A stretch of DNA of 27,019 nucleotides, taken from the IMG/VR virus record IMGVR_UViG_3300037041_000986, positions 1-27,019 of that record, one strand, 5' to 3'. This DNA comes from a virus. Lineage: Duplodnaviria > Caudoviricetes. The translations under genes were made by a program, and so were the position numbers. Under the pieces are notes generated by a model. The model was given only the letters and a program-made list of their open reading frames with translations, had not been told where the DNA came from and did not search any database. Each line of letters opens with the position of its first letter. The first letter of the stretch is position 1. Positions 24,718-27,019 of this stretch are shown here, one piece after another.

Positions 24718-26169
24718 TTATAGTTTAATATCTTGACAAAAAGTATTAAGCAAGTATCTAAGGTTATCTAATAAGTCGGCCTGCCTTTCTTCGCCTTTAC
24801 CTTTAATGATTCGGCGGCTGTTATCTGATTTGATACGTAAACAGTCCATACGCAAGCCCGGACATTTATCTTCATATATTTGGAAGTCTGGGCACATGCT
24901 TATAATAGTATTTGTTTGAACGTAACTTTCAGCATGTAGCGGATTCGCTTTAGGCACTACAAAGAAACGCGCTGGTAGTTGCAGTTCTTCTTGGATAATT
25001 TCGTAATAGGTTTTAGAAACGCGCTGCCTTCCATCGGACCTATCACCACTCGCATCACCTGTAATCAGTAGCGGTATAGTACAGGGGTAAATAGCAGTAT
25101 CGGACCAGCGCCCTATCTTTTTATTTGTTTCGGTAAATACCCATTCCCTAAACGCTTGGCATGTATCATATATTGAAGCTTCGCCGCGTTCCTCTGAACC
25201 TATCTTAAATTCTTTTAGGATATGCACGCCGTAGCGATAACGCGAACGTGCTGATAAGTCGGGCGATAGTGTTGTTTTTTTCATTACCGCCGCTGTCATG
25301 GGTATTTTATTAAAGTCAAATGAAACGTAAATCTGTTCGGTTTCCCAACTTATTTTCTTTGATGGCTGAAATACTTTTTGCTGTATGCTTTTATCCTTTA
25401 GCACATATACCCATGCTTCACCAGAATAATCAACAAATACAGATTTATACTCTTGTTCAAATGTTAGGCGGTCAAGGTCGCGGCTTGCATCGGCAACTTC
25501 AGCTGGGTCAATGGCGGGGTTATCGGTTGTTTCCATTCTAAAGGTTATCCAATTATCGCTGCCGTTTTCAGATTGCGGCAAATCAATATCTAAGTAACAG
25601 TTACGTTCAACGTTGCCAGCCTTAGCGCCGTTTCTGCATAGTTCGTACCAGTAGTTATCTTTGCCGGCAGCCGTACCAATGAAAAACGCCTCACCTTTAT
25701 AGTCAGTTAAGGTAGGACGGGCAACGGTTTTCCAATGGTATTCTAATATGTGGCTTGGTATCTTTTGCGTTTCTTCATAGATAACGCGGTGGTATTTTCG
25801 GCCACGCCCTTTATCCTTTCGCCCTTCATCGCCAATGGACCACACCTCCAAAACGCCGCCGTTCAAAAACTGCATTATCTTAGATGTTTCGTCTTTGTGT
25901 TTTATAATGCCGCCTTCATTACTTAGCTTGTAGGTATCAACTATCTTAGCCCAACTTTGCGCGAAGTCTTTGAAGTCATCGACAAATATACCTACATACT
26001 TACCTTCAAATACAGCAGGTGAAATTAACGGTAACGCAACCGATGTTATCAATTCTGTTTTACCGAAACGCCGCGCACACACTATACAATTAAATCGGCG
26101 CTTATTGTTTAGAATCCGCTGCTGACCTACATGCGGTCGGTATAGTGTTATGTCGATGTTACGCGGCAC
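24718..26169 (-). CDS. terL: Terminase large subunit
   Basis: PHVGQ Q-motif, Walker A ARRFGKT, GRG...VIYEE Walker B, FEQEY linker, and RNase H-like nuclease motifs SFDFN, GDASG, DLLDNLRY. Confidence 0.93.
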   Translation of the reverse strand: MPRNIDITLYRPHVGQQRILNNKRRFNCIVCARRFGKTELITSVALPLISPAVFEGKYVGIFVDDFKDFAQSWAKIVDTYKLSNEGGIIKHKDETSKIMQFLNGGVLEVWSIGDEGRKDKGRGRKYHRVIYEETQKIPSHILEYHWKTVARPTLTDYKGEAFFIGTAAGKDNYWYELCRNGAKAGNVERNCYLDIDLPQSENGSDNWITFRMETTDNPAIDPAEVADASRDLDRLTFEQEYKSVFVDYSGEAWVYVLKDKSIQQKVFQPSKKISWETEQIYVSFDFNKIPMTAAVMKKTTLSPDLSARSRYRYGVHILKEFKIGSEERGEASIYDTCQAFREWVFTETNKKIGRWSDTAIYPCTIPLLITGDASGDRSDGRQRVSKTYYEIIQEELQLPARFFVVPKANPLHAESYVQTNTIISMCPDFQIYEDKCPGLRMDCLRIKSDNSRRIIKGKGEERQADLLDNLRYLLNTFCQDIKL

Positions 26170-26588
26170 TATTTATCAGGTGGGTACTGAATGTTTATGT
26201 TAATGTTTTTATCGTCTTCGGTTGTTTCCTTATGGTTCGCGTTTTTGTAGCCATAATTATTAACAAGCGAAAATATAGCAACGGCAGCATTATTCTTACC
26301 CGATAACGCACGTTCCATTGTATTAGTTAAAACTTTTGCTTTTGCCTTTTCTATTGTGTCAAAAAAAATCTCATAACCCTCTGCTTTTTCGTAGTTTAGA
26401 AGTGTTTGCCTTGTTATGCCTAATACTTCGCAAATACCTTCAACTGTATAAGGTACGGGAACTGTTTTAGTAAACGTTTCGCCATCCTTACTAATAAATT
26501 CTTCTTGATTCGAATCGCAACGTCTAAAATAATAATTTATAGCTGTTTCTAATTCTTGAGTTGTTTTATATTTTAAATGCCTACCCAT
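26169..26588 (-). CDS. terS: Terminase small subunit
   Basis: MGR..KY....EL..AI..YF and an HTH (PYTVEGICEVLGITRQTLLNY), AIF.L.NNYGY; 1-nt overlap with terL. Confidence 0.85.
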   Translation of the reverse strand: MGRHLKYKTTQELETAINYYFRRCDSNQEEFISKDGETFTKTVPVPYTVEGICEVLGITRQTLLNYEKAEGYEIFFDTIEKAKAKVLTNTMERALSGKNNAAVAIFSLVNNYGYKNANHKETTEDDKNININIQYPPDK

Positions 26589-26740
26589 TTGTTTATATTT
26601 TTCGTTTTAAAGAACTTTTAATAAGTTTTGATATCTATACACCACTTTAATATAAAAATGCCTTAAAAACGCTTTTAAATGCTTTATAGGCTATTATCTA
26701 TATTATTATTAGTATTATTATTTATATTATTATTATTAAG

Positions 26741-26955
26741 TGTAACAAGTGTAACATAAGTGTAACACATAACTAATTGATTATTATATATTGTTACATT
26801 GTTACAGATGTTACACTATATTCTACATATATATGAGAGTAAACATAAAAAATACACGCATATACGTGTTGAAGTGGTGTAACAAGTGTAACAGCGTAAC
26901 AAGCTATGATTATCAGCGTTTTAAGCGTTACAATTAGTGTAACATGGTGTTAACA
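26741..26955. repeat. Array of TGTAACA/TGTTACA heptamers next to a (TAT)n AT-rich tract
   Basis: Forward TGTAACA at 26741, 26750, 26761, 26878, 26887, 26938; reverse at 26792, 26800, 26809; variants at 26895, 26926, 26948. Confidence 0.9.
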
Positions 26956-26994
26956 AGTATAAAGAACGTTTTTAGCAGCAGGCTGCCGTAATGG

Positions 26995-27002
26995 CAAAAG
27001 TA
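26995..27002 (-). promoter_or_regulatory. Possible -7 element oriented toward the terminase genes
   Basis: Minus strand TACTTTTG(CC); any -33 region would lie off the window edge. Confidence 0.4.
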
Positions 27003-27019
27003 AAAGTAATATTTGTAAA

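Noticed and set aside
22612-25541. ORFs 22612..22845 (-) and 25320..25541 (+)
   Set aside because: Antisense to the sigma factor and terL respectively; no supporting signals.
26741-26955. CRISPR array interpretation of the repeats
   Set aside because: Repeats are 7 nt, in both orientations, without 30-40 nt unique spacers, and no cas genes are present.
26991-27019. Possible plus-strand gene start MAKVKVIFV at the window edge
   Set aside because: Only nine codons are visible and they overlap a minus-strand promoter-like motif; undecidable here.
1-27019. Alternative genetic code or stop-codon reassignment
   Set aside because: Genes are full length and tightly packed under the standard bacterial code, and TAA, TAG and TGA all occur as real stops.

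Overview
This window is the virion morphogenesis region of a tailed (siphovirus-like) phage or prophage whose host is most likely in Bacteroidota/Flavobacteriia. The host call rests on TAnnTTTG promoters, A-rich starts without Shine-Dalgarno sites, an RpoD homolog of the Bacteroidota type and a signal peptide that would leave Gln at the N-terminus. Almost all genes are on the minus strand. From right to left they are: terminase small and large subunits, a metallophosphoesterase, a tail assembly chaperone with an unannotated -1 frameshift extension, tape measure, a spanin-like pair, three tail-tip proteins, tail tube, portal, minor head protein, a YkuD-fold lysin, a UVR-motif protein, scaffold, major capsid, head-tail joining genes and fibre-like genes. 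A plus-strand cassette with its own promoter (two tiny ORFs, a secreted SPOR-like protein, a divergent sigma-70 factor, a hypothetical) interrupts this module. Notable features are a DnaJ-type zinc finger inside the portal, Cys-rich virion proteins sharing a KRGSCG motif, an H-type pseudoknot upstream of the capsid gene, a T10 tract at a domain boundary, a TGTAACA repeat array upstream of terS, tail-before-head gene order and near-total GATC avoidance. All calls come from reading motifs by eye; no database searches were run.
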